This document shows positions 60,826 to 64,000 of a DNA stretch of 64,000 nucleotides, piece by piece. The stretch covers positions 1,597 to 65,596 of the forward strand of contig CAZXHG010000013.1 in the NCBI GenBank assembly GCA_964639985.1, in the 5' to 3' direction. Within the stretch, counting starts at the first letter, position 1. The number at the start of each line of letters is the position of its first letter. The position numbers and the translations under genes were made by a program. Origin of the DNA: an uncultured Rickettsiales bacterium (GTDB lineage: Bacteria; Myxococcota_A; UBA796; UBA9615; CAYRNR01). Below the pieces are notes generated by a model that had not been told where the DNA came from, did not search any database, and was given only the letters and a program-made list of their open reading frames with translations.

Positions 60826-62523
60826 ATGGCACGGGCACGACGCGAACTCACCACCCGGCAGCTGCGGGCTGCGGAGCGCTGGCTGATGCCGCGGCCGGCG
60901 CGGGCACAGCACACCGCGGCCGTCGTGTACCCCAACCGCTACCACGTGGGCATGAGCAACCTCGGCCTGCACCGGCTGCTGGAGCTGGTGCACGCCCAGC
61001 CCTCGTGGCAGGGTGTACGGCTGTTCCTCCCACCGGGCATCGGGCCGGGACGACCGGCTCCGGCCGGGGATGTGCGCACCTTCGACCTGGACCTGCCGGT
61101 GCGGGACGTGGACGTGCTGCTGGTGACCCTGTCGTACGAGGAGGACTACGCCAACCTCGTCGCCCTGCTGCGCGCTGCCGGGATCCACGCGCAGGCCTCT
61201 CGCAGGCAGGTCGAGGATCCGCTCGTCGTGATCGGGGGCTTCGCCCCGTCCCTCAATCCCGAGCCACTGGCCTCGGTGGCGGATGCGTTCCTGCTCGGCG
61301 CGGCCGAACTGGTGTTGCCGCCGTTCCTCGAGCGCCTCGCCACCGAGGGGGCCGACAGGGATGGCCTGGCCACGGCGGTGGCCGACCTGTCCGGGTGCCT
61401 CGTGCCCGGTTCGGAGCCGCCGCAGCGACCGCTGTACGTGCCGTACGTGGAGCCTTCGTGGCTGGAGGACGGCGGCGAGGGCGCGCTCGCCATGACCGAG
61501 TCGCGGCTGCCGCTGGCAAGGACCCGGATCCTCACACCCCACACCGAGTTCGCCGATCGCTACCTCGTGGCCATGGGGGAGGGGTGCCCGCACGGCTGCC
61601 GGTTCTGCGCGGCCGGGTACGCGCGCCGGCCGCCGCTGGCCTGGGCGCCGGCGGCCCTGGAGGACGCGGTGGACGAGGGGCTCGCCGCCGGTGGGCGGAT
61701 CGGGCTGGTGGGCGCGGCCGTGACCGATCACCCCCACCTGCCAGCCCTCGCCGCCCGGGTGACCGCTGCAGGTGGGGACCTGTCCACCAGTTCCCTGGGC
61801 ATTCGCGCGATCCTGGCGCGTGACCCGGGCTCGGTCGGTCGGACGGCCACGCTGGCCCCCGAGGCGGCCACAGAGGCCCAGCGACGCGCGGTCAACAAGC
61901 CCCTGTCCGACGAGGACGTGCTGACCGCGGTGATGCGCTGCGTGGACCGCGGCGCGGTCCGGGTGCGGCTCTACCTGCTGGTGGGGCTGCCGGGCGAGGT
62001 CGACGCGGACGCCGACGCGATCGTCGACCTGGCGGCCGCCTGCCGCGAGCGCGTGCTCGCCCGGTCCCGGCACCCGGTGGAGCTGGTGCTGTCGGTGAAC
62101 CCCTTCGTGCCCAAGGCGGGCACGCCGATGCAGTGGGGGCCGCTGGCGCGGCCTGCGGTGGTGCGCCAGCGCCTGGACCGGATCCGGCGCGGCGTGCGGA
62201 TACTCGGCGGCGTGAGGCTGCAGACCGGCGGTGCGCGCCTGGCACTGCGCCAGGCCATCCTCTCGCTGGGTGGGCGGGACGTGGTCGAGGTGATGGAGCT
62301 GGTCCCGGGCGTGGCCGGCTGGTGGCAGCGGCTCCAGCGGTGGCACGACGACCGGGGCGCATTCCTGTTCGAACCGCGTGATCGGGATGCGTCGCTGCCC
62401 TGGGCCTATCTCGAGCGAGGGATCACCCGCGAGCACCTGTGGCGGGAGTGGCAGCGCGCCGGGCGTGGCCGGACGACGCCTGCCTGCGACGTGCTGCGCT
62501 GTACGGCCTGCGGGGCCTGCTGA
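60826..62523 (+). CDS. Radical SAM protein (TIGR03960/YgiQ-like)
   Basis: YPNRYHVGMSNLG, GCPHGCRFC, LAPEA, YLLVGLPGE, NPFVPKAGTP, C-terminal C..C.ACGAC. Confidence 0.85.
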   Translation: MARARRELTTRQLRAAERWLMPRPARAQHTAAVVYPNRYHVGMSNLGLHRLLELVHAQPSWQGVRLFLPPGIGPGRPAPAGDVRTFDLDLPVRDVDVLLVTLSYEEDYANLVALLRAAGIHAQASRRQVEDPLVVIGGFAPSLNPEPLASVADAFLLGAAELVLPPFLERLATEGADRDGLATAVADLSGCLVPGSEPPQRPLYVPYVEPSWLEDGGEGALAMTESRLPLARTRILTPHTEFADRYLVAMGEGCPHGCRFCAAGYARRPPLAWAPAALEDAVDEGLAAGGRIGLVGAAVTDHPHLPALAARVTAAGGDLSTSSLGIRAILARDPGSVGRTATLAPEAATEAQRRAVNKPLSDEDVLTAVMRCVDRGAVRVRLYLLVGLPGEVDADADAIVDLAAACRERVLARSRHPVELVLSVNPFVPKAGTPMQWGPLARPAVVRQRLDRIRRGVRILGGVRLQTGGARLALRQAILSLGGRDVVEVMELVPGVAGWWQRLQRWHDDRGAFLFEPRDRDASLPWAYLERGITREHLWREWQRAGRGRTTPACDVLRCTACGAC

Positions 62524-62527
62524 GCGC

Positions 62528-64000
62528 TCAGCTCTCCTCCGGCTCGCTCGCCGCTGGGGTCATCGGCTCGCTCTCCGGCGGGGCCTCGGCCGAGCTCTCC
62601 TCGCCCGCCTTGCCCCTCGACGCTCCTCGTCGTCCACGCGATCGTCCCCGCGACGAGCGGCTGCGTCGCGAGCGCTTCGAGCCACTGTCGGCTGCGTCGT
62701 CGGCCGCCTCTGGCCTGGACGAGTCCGCATCCGCCGGCGCTTCGTCCGACGACTCGGCGAGCTTGAGCGCCTGCTGCTCGGGCGAGCCCTTGTCGTCGGA
62801 GCGGCCCCTGCGGCGCCCGCGAGAGCGGGAGCGCTTCTTCCTGGGCTGGTTCGACCCTGCGGGCGTGTCGTCCGCGTGTCGGTCCGACCCCACGGCAGCC
62901 GGTGACGGGGCGTCGGCCTCGGCGGCCAGCAGCGTGGCCTCGGCCTCGTCCTCGCTCAGGCCCGACGCCATCAGGCGGTCCCGCTCGGCCTTGCGCTTGC
63001 GGCGCCGGCGGCGCTTCTGGCTCTTGGTCAACGGCAGCGTGTCCTGGGGAGGGGGCGATGGCCGGTCCGGCGTCTCGGCGGCCCCGGCGCGTGGCTCGGA
63101 CGGCTTGCGGGTACCCCTGTCGGGGCCCTTGTCCCTTGGCTTCGCCCTGGCCGGCGCCGCGGCCTGTGCGCGCTGGCTGGGCGGGGCCTGGGCCTTGCCG
63201 CCGTTGCGCGATCCTCCCTTGCCGCGCCCCTGGTTGCCCTTGCCCCTGCCCTTGCCCTCGTTGCCCTTGCGGCCCTGGCCCTTGCGGCGGGAGCCCCCCC
63301 GCTCCTTGAACGACAGCTGCTGCTCGGTGCGGGGCAGCCCCGGACGGCCCACGATGCGGATCTGGATGTCGTTGTCCGACTCGAGGTCGGCCAGCTCCCG
63401 GCGGTACTGGTTCTGTAGCTCGTCGGCCAGTTCCGGGTGCAGGTCCACCTGCACGGACAGCAGGGTGCCGGAGGACGCTCGCGCGTCGATCCGCCGCAGC
63501 ACCTGCATGGCCGTGAATTCCACGGCCGGGATCGATCCGGTGCCGCTGCAGGTGGGACAGTCGCGGTGGGTGCGCAGACGCAGGGCGGCCTTGATCCGCT
63601 GCCGGTTGATCTCCATCAGCCCGTTGTCGCTGATGCGCCCGAGGTAGACCCGCGCCTTGTCCTGCTTGACCCCCTCCCGCACGGCCTTCTCCACCATGCG
63701 GTTGTGCTTGCGGGCAGACATGTCGATGAAGTCCACCACGAGCAGCCCGCCGAGGTCCCGCAGCCGCAGCTGGCGGGCGATCTCGGTGGCGGACTCGAGG
63801 TTGGTCTTCAGCGCAGTCTCTTCCTGGCTCTTCTCGCGGGTGGCCTTGGCGCTGTTGACGTCGATCGCGGTCAGCGCCTCGGTCGGGTCGATGACGATGT
63901 TGCCCCCGGAGGGCAGCCGCACACGGCGGCTGTGGATGGTCTCGATCTGGTCCTCGATGCGATAGCGGCTGAACAGCGGCTCGCGGTCCTCGTGGAGCAC
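62528..64000 (-). CDS. rne: Ribonuclease E/G, 3' part (5' end outside the window)
   Basis: IDPTEALTAIDVNS, LRDLGGLLVVDFIDM, CPTCSGTG Zn link, long Arg/Lys-rich then acidic disordered tail. Confidence 0.93.
   Translation of the reverse strand: MLHEDREPLFSRYRIEDQIETIHSRRVRLPSGGNIVIDPTEALTAIDVNSAKATREKSQEETALKTNLESATEIARQLRLRDLGGLLVVDFIDMSARKHNRMVEKAVREGVKQDKARVYLGRISDNGLMEINRQRIKAALRLRTHRDCPTCSGTGSIPAVEFTAMQVLRRIDARASSGTLLSVQVDLHPELADELQNQYRRELADLESDNDIQIRIVGRPGLPRTEQQLSFKERGGSRRKGQGRKGNEGKGRGKGNQGRGKGGSRNGGKAQAPPSQRAQAAAPARAKPRDKGPDRGTRKPSEPRAGAAETPDRPSPPPQDTLPLTKSQKRRRRRKRKAERDRLMASGLSEDEAEATLLAAEADAPSPAAVGSDRHADDTPAGSNQPRKKRSRSRGRRRGRSDDKGSPEQQALKLAESSDEAPADADSSRPEAADDAADSGSKRSRRSRSSRGRSRGRRGASRGKAGEESSAEAPPESEPMTPAASEPEES

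Overview
High-GC bacterial chromosomal window. MYXO-CTERM-like sorting tails, poly-Asp lipoproteins and vWA lipoproteins suggest a Myxococcota/deltaproteobacteria-like lineage (inference, no search run). Contents in order: (1) 1-6172, a tightly coupled minus-strand respiratory operon encoding an NAD(P)H flavoprotein, Rieske protein, cytochrome b6, subunit IV, a hexaheme cytochrome, an HAO-fold heptaheme that appears to lack the catalytic heme, and a Tat-exported molybdoenzyme with Asp at two normally Cys positions; a monoheme cytochrome c and a divergent HdrD/FadF-like protein flank it. (2) 9-24 kb, exported acidic surface proteins, a sugar-kinase-like APH protein and a B12 radical SAM enzyme. 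(3) cysS, prmA, VKOR-DsbA, TlpA, smpB. (4) 30.2-47.2 kb, a dcw cluster with a 10-bp-phased MraZ box array, no mraY, a 17-codon coupled mini-ORF where murG should be, and a MurB that has lost its catalytic motifs. (5) 48.2-49.5 kb, a 12-gene tRNA array with several non-canonical tRNAs followed by a structured RNA with a hammerhead-like core. (6) Two DUF3604-like surface hydrolases, an OPT transporter, a Zrg-like ABC operon, a radical SAM gene and the 3' part of RNase E. The best candidates for something new are the respiratory operon, the remodelled dcw cluster and the tRNA array with its trailing RNA. All family assignments come from motif recognition by eye and need HMM or structure confirmation.
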